DNA of 64,000 nucleotides from the human T2T-CHM13v2.0 reference genome, Homo sapiens, in assembly GCF_009914755.1 (NCBI RefSeq), contig NC_060932.1; one strand, 5' to 3'. The notes beneath the pieces are model-generated. The model was given only the letters and a program-made list of their open reading frames with translations. It was not told where the DNA came from and ran no database searches. The translations under genes and the position numbers were made by a program. Shown piece after piece: positions 42,092 through 58,033 of this stretch (position 1 is the stretch's first letter; each line of letters opens with the position of its first letter).

Positions 42092-44136
42092 TCAGGGTAG
42101 TCTGAGCACTGACAGGATATTTGATAGCATTAAAGAATTATGATTAATTTTTTAAGATGTCATAATGGTTTGTGTTTTCAAAAGAACTCTCATCTTTCCA
42201 GATATATATGGAAATATTTATGGATAAAATGATACAATGTTTGTGATTTGCTTCCATATAATGGGCGTGGGAGGGAGAGGGTAGTGGTGACAGTATGGGT
42301 AAAACCACATCAGCCATGAGTTGCTAATTGTTGCAATGAATGGCTGGTACATTGGGCCTTATTATATAACTCTTTCTACTTTGGGATGTTCTGAGCATAC
42401 TCCACAATTGAAAAACAAGACAAAACAGCTTGAGCTCCTGCCTACAGGAAGAAGGAAGGGGAGAGACATTCTCCTTCCCTTTAAGGTCACTTTCCAGAAG
42501 TCATACAGAGTTTTGATTATATCCTATTGATTAGAACTTAGCCATGTGGTCACACCAAGCTGCAAAACAAGGTGGAAAATGTAGACTTCATTGTGGGGAT
42601 CAAGTATCCAGCAAAAATGTCAGGAATCTTTTTAGTGAAAAAAAAGAAGGAACAGGTACAGTGAGAAAACTTTAGCAATCCCTGCTACACTGGCTAGGGC
42701 AAAATCTCTATTTAAAAATTAGTCTAAACATGTCATTCCCTCCCTTTATGTCTCATAATATAATACAGGGAATACTTAATAATTGTCCTGTAGAATTTGA
42801 GGAAAAGTGATTACGAGTATAAAATATATTTTGCTGTTATGCCACAATCTCCCTAAAAAACTGACAATAAGTTTTTGCTCTCCTAAAATGAAAAGATGAA
42901 AACCTCTCAGTTAACCACCACTGTCATAAATCACATTGAAACAATAGTCTCTGCTCTAATACAGAATTTTTCCAAACCTAATACAATAGAAAACTTTGAA
43001 CATTCATTATAGTCTGATCTGCACTGGGTGAGAAGCAATGGCAGATGCACAGTGTTCTTTTCCATTAGCAGAACCACCAACCCTTACAGCGACTCTGGGC
43101 TGCCTCAGGATAAATTCATCCACCCAGCAAACCTTCAAAGCACTTAATATATGCAGGTAGATTTAAGCAATCATCTATTCAGCATTCCTGCAGGCTGTGC
43201 ACTAAGATACTACTGTCTGCCTCCTCCAATAATACAACACAAACCCAGCTCCTTAGGGGCTCCCATGACATAATAACTCAATATAGTATGTAAACAGAGT
43301 AAGCTTCAAAAAGCTGTAGCTTTCACTGTTATTTTAAAAATCAGCACTACTCAGCACTTGACACATATTGTTTTAAAAGCAGAATTCTTAAACAAAAATT
43401 TTAAAATGTATTAAAAGGTGACCTCAACATAGAGATCTGGTTATATTTATCTATATTTTTGAAGATATTAAGAAGGTAAGGGGTTCCTGTTTACAGAGAT
43501 TAAACTCACTGAAGCAACACTAGTATGTTAATGGGGAAAGTTGTTCCTGTTAATATAAGAACCTTCATTAAAAACTTATAGTAGCAAGAAAATCTTTAAT
43601 TACTTAGTGGAAGAGAATAGAATCATTGAGTGAAATGAAAAACAACAAAGTTTTTTTTTCAAATCTTCATTTTTAAAACCTCAGTCATTATAATAAAAAT
43701 TTATTCTGTGCAAGATTTCTGGAATTAGAATTGCCCATGCACCCCCATCCCAATACCAAACATCTAAAAATAAGCAAGGAGATAAGTGAAAGTCGTTGAA
43801 AATTTAATAGCGTAATAACCAGTTTTTCAAAGTCAGGTCTACGTATCTGTATAAAAAGAATATCTAACTCCTGTCTGAATTGAGATCCTTACTTGAAAAT
43901 TAACAGAATGGTTCAACAGAAATCACTGATTAAGAGACCTAATCCCCTAATTTTTGAGTTAAACAAACAGATTTGGGGAGGTTAAATGGTTTGCATCAAA
44001 TGTTATGCAACAGAAAACAAAACAAAACAAAACAAAAACTATTACTTTTATCAAATTATCTTTCAGGAAGGAGGGGAGATGGCCGAAGGAACACAACTAA
44101 AGAAGAAATATTAAAATGAAGCTCTAACAAAATTTA

Positions 44137-44283
<147 letters not shown>

Positions 44284-44732
44284 TTAATAAATAAATATTA
44301 ACAAAATAAGCAGCATTCAGAAAAATTAGGAAAAACACTTGCAAAGTGCTTATGTGAACAAAAGTATTTCCCACTTCCAAAATCTGAAAGCAATTAATTT
44401 GCTTATTTGTGTCTAAATATTCAACTTACAGGAAAAGTTACATTTAAGCTTTCCCTAAATAAAGTTCTGTGAAATAAAACTTCACAGCCTGTGAATCAAG
44501 AAATGAAGAGATGAATGTATATAGATGCAATGGTGAGTGATATATTTACATCCCCATCCATGCCACCTCAAAGCCCTTTGCCAATCCCCCATTCCTGCCA
44601 CCCCTTCCTGGATAAGGCAGCCATTTATTTTCATGTCAACCTGTCTATGCCTCAGTCTCCCAATCTTGAGAACTAGCACACTCTGCCTTACAGAGTCATT
44701 GTGAAGTTTAAAGGTAACTTAAGGAAAACACC

Positions 44733-45191
44733 TGCTATAGCTTGAATATGGTTTGTTTCCTCCCCAAATCTCATGCTGACTTTTACCCCCAGTGTGGTGG
44801 TGTTGGGAGGTGAGGCCTAGTGGGAGGTGTTTGGGTCATGGGAGTGGATCTCTCATGAATGGCTAGGTGCCTCTTCTCCTGGCAGTGGGTGAGTTCTCAC
44901 TCTCATGAGACTGGATTGGTTCTGGGGAAATGGATTACATCTCAGGAGAGGGAGTTGTGATAAAGCCAGGATGCCCCTTGGGTTAGGTCCCTCTTTGCAC
45001 GTGCCCACTTCCCCTTAGACTTTCTCTGCCATTTTTTGATGCAACACAAAAGCCCTTGCCAGAAGCCAACCAGATGCCAGAGCCATACTTCTTGTACAGC
45101 TTGCAGAGACATGAGTGAAATAAACCACTTTCCTTTATAAATTACCCAGCCTCAGGTATTCTTTTATAGCAACACTAAACATACTAAGACA
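44733..45191 (+). mobile_element. MST-type MaLR LTR, followed by an internally deleted THE1-like LTR in opposite orientation (45212-45447)
   Basis: tgctatagcttgaat..aataaacc..taagaca, then tgtattagtccattttcatgctgctgataaagaca. Confidence 0.8.
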
Positions 45192-45961
45192 GCACCTAAC
45201 TAAATGCCTAGTGTATTAGTCCATTTTCATGCTGCTGATAAAGACACCCGAGACTGTGCAATTTACACAAGAAAGAGGATTATTGGGCTTACAATTCCAT
45301 GTGGCTGGAGAGGCCTCACAATCATGAGGGGGGAAACCACTCCCATGATTCAATTATCTCCCACCAGGTCCCTCCCACAACATGTGGGAATTATAGGAGA
45401 ACAATTCAAGATGAGATTTGGACGGGGACACAGAGCCAAACCATATAACCTAGTACACTGCTTTAATTCTCAAGCAAGAATCTTCATTTCAGACCACAGT
45501 AAGGGATCCTTCTTAAGCACAGAAAGAAATGATAGCTGCAATTATTATCATAATCATCATGATTATTATTATAGGCCAAGAATCGACTAATGGCTGGGGT
45601 AGGGGATGTATAGCTTGACTCAATGCCTCTTCCTCTTTCCTTTCAGGGTGAAACTACAAACTTAGATCTCCACCTTTTCCCCCTTTACCACTGGCAATTC
45701 AATTAATTCCTAATGAGAGAAGTATATCTTTCTTGCAGATTCAGAAACATTTTCTAAGTTCCTTTTTCCTTTCTCCTCTCTCCCACCTTTGACCAGTTAA
45801 CTCAGGAAAATTGTCCATTTCTATGCCCATTTGTGAAAGGACCTAATCAGGGCTTAATATACTTATTATTGTAGTCATAATAAAATTAAAACATCTAACA
45901 TTCCTTGAATACTCACCGTACCAAGCACTATGACATGCACATTATATCAGCCCACTTAATT

Positions 45962-46323
45962 CTTTTTTTTAATATATATATATTTTTATTATACTTTAAG
46001 TTCTAGGGTACATGTGCACAACGTGCAGGTTTATTATATATGTATACATGTGCCGTGTTGGTGTGCTGCACCCATTAACTCGTCATTTACATTAGGTATA
46101 TCTCCTAATGCTATCCCTCCCCCCTCTCCCCACCCCATGATAGGCCCCGGTGTGTGATGTTCCCCTTCCTGTGTCCAAGTGTTCTCATTGTTCAATTCCC
46201 ACCTATGAGTGAGAACATGCAGTGTTTGGTTTTTTGTCCTTGCGATAGTTTGCTGAGAATGATGGTTTCCAGCTTCATCCATGTCCCTACAAAAGACATG
46301 AACTCATCATTTTTTTATGGCTG
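45962..46323 (-). mobile_element. Short L1PA 3' end
   Basis: Antisense L1PA 3'UTR with T-rich tail. Confidence 0.9.
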
Positions 46324-46591
46324 CTTAATTTTTGTAAAGTGTAAATATTGAGCCTACCTTGGAGGATGGCACTATTATTATTATCATCTCTATTTTACAT
46401 TGAGAAACCTGGGGTTTAGATAACAAAATCCAATAGCTACTAACTGTTTGAAATGGAAATCTAACTTAGGCCACCTTCCCAACTGCAAAGATGATGCCCT
46501 TAATCTCTCTCCTATAATGCCAAGGAAAAAGGTAAGTAAAATCAGAGAAATTAGGAGCCTCAAAAGTTTTCAGAATTTTGTTCAAAACTTC

Positions 46592-47255
46592 TGATGGCAG
46601 CGGCAACCGGCCTGGAGTGCTCATTGCCATGATGCCAGTTGCAGTGGGGGAGGTGCAGCCAGGGCTGCATGCTCCATGGAGCCAGTGGGAGCGAGGAACA
46701 GGCAGAAGCCGTGCCCCTTTCTGAGTGGCGGGGCAGAAGTCCCATGTTCCTGGGCACAGCTGCAGCCACCCAGCCATGGCTGCAGACCTGGGCATCCCTG
46801 CACTCTCAGGGCCCCGGAAACCACTTGCCTCTGTAGGCTTCAAAGTGCTTGCTTCCCCTGCCTGGCCTCTCCCAGCTCCCAGTGTCCACTCTGATTTTAG
46901 AGCAAAGTTATGGCCGAGCCCAGGCACTGTCACAACCTGGCTGGGCGTGTGCTCGCTCAGGGAGGCACTAACATGCCAGCTGCCTGCCACCTTGGCCCTC
47001 TCCAGACTGTGGTCACTGATGAGCACAGGAGGGAGGCCGAGGTGGGGCTGAGGGCAGCTCAGTTTGGCCCTGCAGGAACCCCTCTGCATGAATAGCCTGG
47101 GCGCCATGGGCACCATGGACGGCAGGTTGATGGCGGCAGGAGTCAGGCTCCTAGGTGGAAAGAGGCGGTCCCCAGTGAAGCCTGAAGCCTGGGGCCCAGG
47201 CTGTCAGTTCCACGTGAAGTCTGCGCCCAGAGTGAGAACTTGTGGTGCTTTTTTG
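46592..47255 (+). mobile_element. MER52-like LTR (GC-rich, partial)
   Basis: Starts TGATGGCAGCGGC..GCTGCAG; CpG-decayed GC-rich body explains the many ORF calls here. Confidence 0.75.
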
Positions 47256-47681
47256 TTGGTGATGCCAGTTTTTTTTTTTTTTTCTGAAAGATACTTCAAA
47301 CTTCAAAATTTAAATGGGAGATTGATACATAAGATGGTCTTCTTAATATCCAACTGTTTATCTTGCTTAACCTTGGTAACTATATGGAATGTATTCTAAT
47401 TATTTTATTTCTTAGTTAAGTATATTTTATGACTCTTAAAACTACTAAATAGAACTAAGAAATACCATTAAAAGGTCAAAATGTTATATTTTGTAATGAT
47501 ATATCATCCAAATTATGCTTTTCTGAAACGTTCATCTAATTTTTTTTACCACCTTGAGATTACTGTTAACTATTTTCTCTTTTATATTATATTGCTTGTC
47601 AAAAGGACTTTTTTTGGGTGAGGGGAGACAGGTGCTTACCTGACACTATATTATTTAGTATACAGCAGACCATATTTCATC

Positions 47682-47970
47682 TTTTTTTTTTGAGATGGAA
47701 TCTTGCTCTGTCGCCCAGGCTGGAGTGCAGTGGCGCGATCTCAGCTCACTGTAAGCTCCGCCTCCCGGGTTCACGCCCTTCTCCTGACAGCCTCCCGAGT
47801 AGCTGGGACTACAGGCACCCGCCACCACGCCTGGCTAATTTTTTGTATTTTTAGTAGAGATGGGGTTTCACCGTGTTAGCCAGGATGGTCTCAACCTCCT
47901 GACCTTGTGATCCGCCCACCTCGGCCTCCCAAAGTGCTGGGATTACAAGTGTGAGCCACCGCACCTGGCC
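47682..47970 (-). mobile_element. AluY-like
   Basis: TSD ATTTCATCTTTTTT; AluY-type ccgtgttagccaggatgg. Confidence 0.9.
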
Positions 47971-48751
47971 ATTTCATCTTTTTTAGGTTATCTTTTGTTT
48001 GCTTTAAAAAATGCATTGGTACAGAGAGAAATGTAACATTTGTTTCCCTATCACCCTAACATTATGCTAAATATATGCTAATATTGCTTAAATATTAGCA
48101 AAATTTAAGAATTTGCATGTTTGCGTCCTATGTTTTTAAGGGAAAGACAGCAAATATTTTTCCATCCCCCATCATGCTCCTTTTCCGGAAGCAACCACTC
48201 TCATAAATTTGGTGTGAATCCTTGAAGTCTGCTTTTATATTTTAACTGCACGTAGGTATAGGAGAAAAGATACTGAGTTGTTTGATATCTTATTAGTTTT
48301 ACATAAATAAGTTACACATATCTTCTGCAACTTTTTTTCACTCGAGATTGAGTCATTGAGATTGAGTCACATGAGACTGAGATTGAGTGTACATATAGAT
48401 TTAGTTTATTGATTTTAGCTGCTGTCTATATCATATCGATTATATGAATATGTAATTATCCATCCTCCTACAAGTGGTAAGGTGAATTGTTTAGAATTTT
48501 CTAATATTACAAACAATATGACAGTTAATATCTTTGTATATGACTCCTAATACACATGTGTGTTTCTGCAGGGCAATATACCTAAAATTGGATTCACTGG
48601 TTTGTAAGATGTGCAGATATTTAACTTTACTTACTACTAATAGATTATTCTCCATGTACTAATCTTAATTTATACTGAATAAGTGGTTATCTCTACCTGT
48701 ATTCCCATAATTTTTGTTTACCCACATTCTTATGTACACTTGTAATAGTTC

Positions 48752-49054
<303 letters not shown>

Positions 49055-49685
49055 AATTAAGCTATTTTAATTTTTGCTAATCTTTGGATGTTAAATGGTA
49101 CCTTGTTAATTTTTACTTCCCTAAAAGTGTTTATTTGCCACTTAGGTTTCCTCTTCTGTGAAATGCCTATTTCTATGCTTTCCCCATTTTTGTACAGGGT
49201 TTTGTTTTATTCTTATTTGTAGTGCTTTATATTTGGTGAGTACTAATTCTTTATATGTTATATATGTTGCAAATATCTCTCCCAATATTAGTTTATTTTT
49301 AACCTGTTTATGTCTTTTAGTTTATCAGAAACTTTAAATTTTGATATAGTCAAATTTGTCTATTTTTCTATAATATCATATTGAAGAAATCCTCTTTCCT
49401 ACTCTAAGACAAAAAGATAAAGCCAAGATCCCCTAATATTTGAGTCTGATTTTGATACTGTTTCTCTGATCTTATTAACTACCCCTGAGCCATTATCACA
49501 TTACCTTAATTTCTAAAAATTATATATGCATTTATGTGTGCATATAAGCTTATTTCTGTTTGGTTTTTGTTCGCTCCCTTGTTTTATGAAGCTTCCTGAG
49601 AAAGGGTTCATAGGAAGTAAAATTTTTTTATGGTAAATATATTTTTATTATTAGTTGTATCAGAAAAGCTTGTACATACAGGTGA

Positions 49686-49995
<310 letters not shown>

Positions 49996-50248
49996 TTCTG
50001 ATGCATACTTTTATTAAAGTCAGAGGTGGTTATTTATTCTAGAGAAACAAATCTTTGAGGTTAGAATGGAAGACAATGAAACAAGACATTTCACTTTATA
50101 ATTTACCTTTGTCAAACTATCCCAGAGCATGACCATTCTATTATGAAATTATTATTATATAACAAATTATTAGTAGAAAACACACAAGCCAAAAAACCTT
50201 AAATTCTGTAATCTTCAAGTCAACCATCAACTTTTCTTAGATTTTTGA

Positions 50249-50630
<382 letters not shown>

Positions 50631-53086
50631 GCAGTCAATTTTAAGCCTCAAATCTTCCAGGGTTTAGCTTAGTAATCCTCATTGGTTTTTTAGATTTTTG
50701 TCAGTTGGGGCTATTTTGCCTTACTGGGCCTAAACAGAATATTAAAATACATTAATAATCCATACTGAGAATAGAGTATAAATGGGTTTCTCACTCCTTA
50801 GGGACACAAGTGGGAGCAACACATCCAATGAACGCAGATGAATGCCCCCGGTTATCCCTGAGCTGGGCAGTTTCACACGATCATTTTTTCTCTGAGGCCA
50901 AAGTCTGTGGTTTGATCATCTTAGCAGCCTCCAGAACCAGACAAAGTAGGTTTACTTTGTCTCCAAATTCTTTTTCTCGGTGCTCGAGAAGAATCCCCTG
51001 GTTTCCTGATGCCACCACGAAAACTTCCCTGAGGATGAAGCCTTCTCCTTCCAGGTTTCCAGAGAAGCCTCCATTCCAGGCTCAGAAGTACCACACTCCC
51101 AGACAGATAAATCCCATAAACATCATCTTCTGCCTTTGTGGACCATAGAACTTTTTCTTTTCATCCAGGAAGGTTTCTCTTTTAAAATAAGGCTGGAAAT
51201 CCTTCACTTCATTCCTGATGTGCTCCTTTACCACTGCATAGAGGGGGACACCCAGCTCGTCCACATGGGTTTTAGGGAGGACAGATCCGCAGCTTCCCCT
51301 CAACAGAGGAAACAGCCTGGCCTCCGCACAGCCATAATCACAGGTCCATTTTCTTTTCCCATAGCTGCTTTGCTTTCAAAGTCCTTGGTTCCTTCTCCAG
51401 CATTTTCAGGTCTATATCCTCCAGGTACTCCAGTGCCGCTTTCTGGGGCTTAGAGAGAAACATGTCTGTGTTGGCCAGCAACAATGCCAAGGCAGCAGCC
51501 CCCAGGGCTCTTGCACCGAGGGACCACATGCCCATGGTGAGGAAACTTGGGTTCTGGAAGAAAGACATTTCTGCCTCAGTCTCCAACTCTCAGCTCTGCT
51601 CCTTGGGGTGTGTGTCTGCCTGGTTCTGGCCCAGCCCTACTCTCAAATGCCAGATTCAGAAACCTCTGAATAGATGCTTACAAAAAGTGCCATAATACGA
51701 TGTATAATTCTTTCTCATTTCTAAAACAATGATTACCCCTAAAACGTTATTTGTACACAAAATGGAGAGTTTTCTGATGAATGAGTATGGTAAGGAGTCA
51801 GGGTTTGCAGTCAGAATCCCAATTCTCATTCTCCAAGGCTGGGCCTAAGCAGGAGCATTCAAGACTATTCAAGCTGACTCCTTCACAATGCTTTTCAAAA
51901 TAAATCCTCATTATTTTCTTTTTAAAAACCACCACAAGTGCCTCCCTTCTGCTAGCCTTCTCCTACCCTGACGCCCGGGCGCTGAGGGGCCAAACCACCT
52001 GGCCCCAAGGGTCCCAGGGGCAGGCCCCTGGAAGTAAAATTTTTTAAGATACTGTGTGTCTGAAAATTTTCTACATTTCACCCCCATACTTATTGATAAC
52101 TTGGGATGAGAGCAGAATCTCAGATTATAAATTATTTTTCCAAAAATGTTGAAAGGACTATTCCATAGTCTACATGTTTTGATTCTTATTGTTGAGAAGC
52201 CCAATACTGTTCTGATTCCAACTTCCAAATTTTGTTGATACTATATCTATTATTCTCTAAGTCCTTATAAATCCATGCTATTAAAAAAATTTTTAAACCC
52301 TTTCCTATCAATAGAATTTTAGAAGAAAGTGAGTTAATGAGTGTGTTCAGTGACTATCTTTAACTATAGTCATTTTAGTGATCCATAACTCCCCCTATTT
52401 TCTATACTGAGAGTCTCAACCCAAGCATCTTAGGTACGACAACTCTTTTTTTCTTTTTTTCCCCCTTTTTAATTCTCATTTTAGCTACCCTGTTAATTAA
52501 AAGGACAATTCTTTGTTGTACCAAACTGTCCTAAGTATTACAGGACATTTTCCCAGTCCTTCTGCTCTTCTTCATATGGTCTTGTTCTTGTCTTATGGTT
52601 TCCATTCCTTCACCTTCTTGAATATGAAAAATTTAAATTTTTTTCTATGCCATTCTATTTAGTTTTAGGGTACAAATCTCCCGTTTGCAGCATCTGCCAA
52701 GTCTGCTTCCTTGCAGTTAATTTCCTTACATATTCTGTAATCTTTGCAAACTCATCTATAGAGAGATCGATATCTATAGAAGTCAAGGATTCCTTGAATT
52801 ACAGGAACTTTGCTATGCAGAGAGGTTTTTCATTGATCTTTGCCTGGCCCTGGGTGTCAGAGGTACCAGACCAGCTAAAATGTCAATTTCTTGGACTACG
52901 GTCCTGACCATGTAGTAATATGAATTCAGACCCCAGACTTGAGCTAGTATGGACCATTAATCTCTAATCTCTAGCAGCTGACTCTTTTCTTACCATAGCT
53001 CAAGTAGATGGCAAGCTTCCTTCTTGCCTCCTCAGGTCAATAAGGGGATGTTTTTCTAGTTATCTTCTTAGGGTCAAAGGGTTCTT

Positions 53087-53640
53087 GTGGTAGATTTTAT
53101 TTTTCAAAGATAGGTGTACTAATGCATATGCAGTCCCACATGCTCTTCCTTCACTGTGATGTTCCTCCTCTCCTCCATCAAGAGGTGAGATGTTTCTTTC
53201 CCTGAAACCAACTTCCTCAGCCAAACAAAAAAACAGTAGAAACCACACTATGTGATTTCCAAAGCTAGGTCATAAAAGTGATATGACTTCCACTTGGCTC
53301 TCAGGACACTCACCTTTGAAATCCAGCCACCATTTTGTGAGGAAGCCAGGTGACATGGAGAGGCCACATACAAAGATTACAGCTGACATCTACAGCTAAG
53401 GTCTCAGTCAAGAGCCAGCATCAACCACCAGACATGTGAGTGAATAAACCTTCAGGAGATTCCCGTCCTGAGCCTTCAAATCTTCCAGCTGAGGCTCCAG
53501 ACATCCTGAAGCAGAGCCAAGCTGTCTCTGCTGTGCACTGTCCGAATTCCTGACCCACAGAATCCATGAGCACAATAAATGGTTGTTTCATACCACTAAG
53601 TTTTGGAGAAATTTGTTATGAAGCCATAGTAACTGAACAG
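53087..53640 (+). mobile_element. MLT1G/H-like MaLR LTR
   Basis: tgtggtag..cagccaccattttgtgaggaagcc..aataaatggttgttt..gtaactgaaca. Confidence 0.7.
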
Positions 53641-53890
53641 TACTTCTTTGTGACTCCCAGCTTTCAGCAGATGGCTCAACGGTGGCTTTCTCTGTGAACA
53701 TTCCTTCATTTCAGGCACCTGGGGATTTCCTTTTCTTTGTTCCTAGCTTAGCCACATTTCCATAAATTATCTTTTACTCAGCATTTGAAATATATTGAAG
53801 CAAAATGGGGACCCTTCCATGCCAGCTCAGTCTGCCACATTGCCCAGAAGTTCCCAGAATAGCTTTTTAAATAATGACATAAAGAACTGA

Positions 53891-54195
<305 letters not shown>

Positions 54196-54208
54196 AGTAA
54201 TTTATTTT

Positions 54209-54316
54209 ATATATACACATACATATACATATATATATACACATATATATACACATATATATATACACACACACACATATACATACATACATACATATAT
54301 ACATATATGTATATAT
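54209..54316. repeat. Compound (TA)n/(CA)n/(TACA)n microsatellite
   Basis: Seen directly; source of the spurious Y/I/M-rich ORFs. Confidence 0.95.
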
Positions 54317-57278
54317 TAAAATCAAAAAAGAAAAGAAAAATAATCCTGAGAGTGCATTTATTAAAGACCAGGTAACTTGTTGCAGAGAAAATACAGTCAA
54401 TAAAAAATTCATTCTCTCTAGTACTCAAATAAAAGGCAGATAATATAATGAGCTACTTTCGCCAATCAAAATGGCAGGGATTTTTTTCTTTACTATTAAT
54501 AGAGTAAGATGGAGTGCAAGGAATAAGGTTTCAGTGGGAGTATATATTGGTGTAATATTTCCAGCGAATAATCTAGTAATATACATGTCCTTATAATTGT
54601 ATATATTTTTGACCCAGCAATTCTACTTCTGGGAATTTATCCTAAAGAAATAATCACTGGCCAGGTGTGGTGGCTCACACCTGTCATCCTAGCATTTTAG
54701 AAGGCAGAGACAGAAGGATCTCTTGAGCCCAGGAGTTTGAGACCAGCCTAGGCAACATAATGAGACCCTGTCTCCACAAAAAGAAAAAGAAATAATCATT
54801 GATACATGAATATCAATTCCTGTATTTCTTATAATAGAAAAGAGAATGAAAATAACTCAAATGTCAAACAGCAGGTGGCAAAATAATCTTTAATTTTAGG
54901 GTTGTTTGAACCAAAATAATTACCAAGTGAACATAAAGAAAGATGAGTTATAGATTCATTGAGAAAGATATTTATTTATTCATGTCATGCATTGTGCTAG
55001 TAGTTGTAATACAACAATGATTAAAGATAAAGCACATGGTCTATGGGAGGTAGTGGGGAGGAGTAATTAGTTCATTACGATAAAGCTACGTTCAAATTCT
55101 ATGGCACAACAGAACTTTTGCTGACCTTAACCAGACTGGAGAAGTAGGAAGGTTTTGTTTGTTTGTTTGTTTGTTTATTTGTTTGTTTTTGCTTTTTGAG
55201 CAAGTGATGTTCAAGCTAAGTCCCAAAGGTTTTCACAAGTAGAAATCAACTGTGGGAGAGAAGGTTGTTTGTCCACTAAAATCCTGGCTCCTCCTCCAGA
55301 GAATAGCGTTTGTTCTAGGAAGTGGCTGCCTCCCTGTGACTGGAATGTGAGCCAATGTAATGTGTAACACTGCAAGAAGCTTCTAAGAAGCTAAGCAAGT
55401 ATGCTTTCTCCATACTTTCTCCTTGCCTTTCTGCTGACTGGATTTAGACAAGAGTGAAGTGCTGACGAATGGCAGAGTCTGGGTCCTTCTACCAAGTGAA
55501 AGCAAGCCGTTTGCTGACCAGGGACGCCTACCTTGAAATTGTTATGTGAGCAAGAAATAACTTTTGTATGTTAAATCAAGAAAATGTTGGGATCTGTTTG
55601 TCACTACAGCTAGCAATAGGCTAATACATGTGACTTTTTATTCTCAAATAATGTAGTAACTCACTTAAATATATTCATTAAGCATGTACGAAATACACAT
55701 AAATGTGTCACGTGCACAAAAAACACACAAAAATAACTAAAGAGAGATTCTGCCTGCACAGAATTTCCAGTCCAGAAGAAAAAACAGTAGCCACTTATAC
55801 AACTATAATACAAAGCGGTGTGTATAAATTAAATCCTTAGGAGATATATAAAGTAGTAGAAGAGTTAAAAGGAGGGAGATATTACTTTCGGGGGAGATTC
55901 AAAAAAGACTTTAAAGAAATTAGAAAATGGCATTTAAATAAGATTTAGACGGCAGAAATGTAGGTAGAGGCATTCCAGGAAAAGATATAGATGGGAAAGA
56001 TGTCACAGAGAATGTAATGTAAGTACTCTGGATTGCCTGGAGGGAGGGGTTCAGATAAAGGCAGTGTGAGAAATAATGAAATGATAAATTGGATGAGATT
56101 ACAGACAAATCTGAATGCTGGACAAAGTGGTCTATATTTTCTTGAGTAATGTGGAACCACAGAACAGACATATGGTATATATTCTGAACAGAGGTATGGT
56201 TTCTATTCACAGCTATGCTTTAGAAAAATTAATATGGCAGAGACTGGAGCCCAAAAGAGAAATTACAAGGCAATCATAATAGTCCAGAGTATTTAGAGTG
56301 GTCACAGTGAGAATGCAAGATTGATTATTTAATTTGGGAGATTCAGCAGAGAAAAAGGAGTCAAAGCTGAATGAGGCTGGGAATTGAGGTGACTGAGAAT
56401 TATGGAACCATGAATTAAATTCAAAGAGGACATGCTAGTCTGGAGGTGGAGGGCAACAAGGAGTTCTGTTTTAGAAAAAAGTGAGTACAGGATATCCAAT
56501 GGAGATATATAATCTGGATCTATGCAGTACGAATTGAGGTACACAGGTTTGAAGATGAAAATGTTAAGAGTTATCTACTTACACGTGAGAAATAAGGCCA
56601 GAGACTGTAATAAAGTTGGCAAAGGAGATTTGAGAGAAAGAAGAAAAGCCAGAGATTTCCTTAAAATATATGCAAGGCAGGAAGAAGAAAAGGCAGAGAA
56701 GGAATGGAGAGGCAGACAGTTCAGGGGAACCAGCATCATAGGAAGCATTGGACCATGTCCAATTGTGCAAGTTACTGGAGAAGGGAATTATTAATAACAT
56801 TACTGTAACAGCAAATACACAATCCAATTTAATCCTTAAGTCACCCAATGAAACACAGATTCCAGTCAATGACTGAGCAGGGATTCAGACCCTGCAAAGA
56901 ACCCAGGAACTGAAGCAAAATGAACTTGGATTCTAATCTTAAATGTGCCCCTCAAGAGCTACAGAACCACAGGGTCATGAAGAAAATAATTCTGCCTCTG
57001 ACTCTCATAAGGTGAGGATTAAATTTTAAAATGCATGTGAAGTGTTCAGCACAGTACCTGACATGTTATAAACACTAAGTGGAAGCTATTCTCTTCTGTT
57101 AAAGAATAATAAATACAGATTTTGCTCAATACAGTCTGTTGACAAAAAGATAAATCATTCAAGATTCTTAAAGGCAAGATTCTATCAAAATTTTTTAATG
57201 TGCCTACATCTGACTTAGCACTTCTGCTTCAAGGAATTTATTCTGTAGAACTGTTCCCATGTGTAAGAATGTCTATTG

Positions 57279-57588
57279 TGGCTGGGCATGGTGGCTCATA
57301 CCTGTAATCCCAGCAGTTTGGGAGCCCAAGGCAGGCACATCACCTGACATCAGGAGTTCAAGACCACCCTGGCCAACATGGTGAAACCCCATCTCTATTA
57401 AAAATACAAAAAAAATTACTCGAGCATGGTGGCACACACCTGTAATCCCAGCTACTTGGGAGGCTGAGGCAGGAGAACTGCTTGAACCTGGAGGCGGAGG
57501 TTGCAGTAAGCCAGGACCGCGCCATGGCACTCCAGCCTGGGCAACAAGAACGAAACTCTGTCTTAAAAAAAAAAAAGAAAAAAAAAAG
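57279..57588 (+). mobile_element. Alu (S-type)
   Basis: TSD AAGAATG(T/C)CTATTGT. Confidence 0.9.
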
Positions 57589-57703
57589 AATGCCTATTGT
57601 TGCATTGTTTGTAACAGGGAAAAATTGAAACCAATCTCAATGAGGAATGGTCACATAAACTGATACATCTGTACTATGAAATACTCAGTGCAGACCTAAG
57701 TAA

Positions 57704-58033
<330 letters not shown>

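Noticed and set aside
46466-47399. Cluster of overlapping ORFs up to 216 aa
   Set aside because: They lie in a GC-rich MER52-like LTR; stop-poor composition, no recognisable protein.
47266-47500. T-run after the MER52 fragment, a possible retrocopy tail
   Set aside because: No poly(A) signal at the expected distance and no TSD found.
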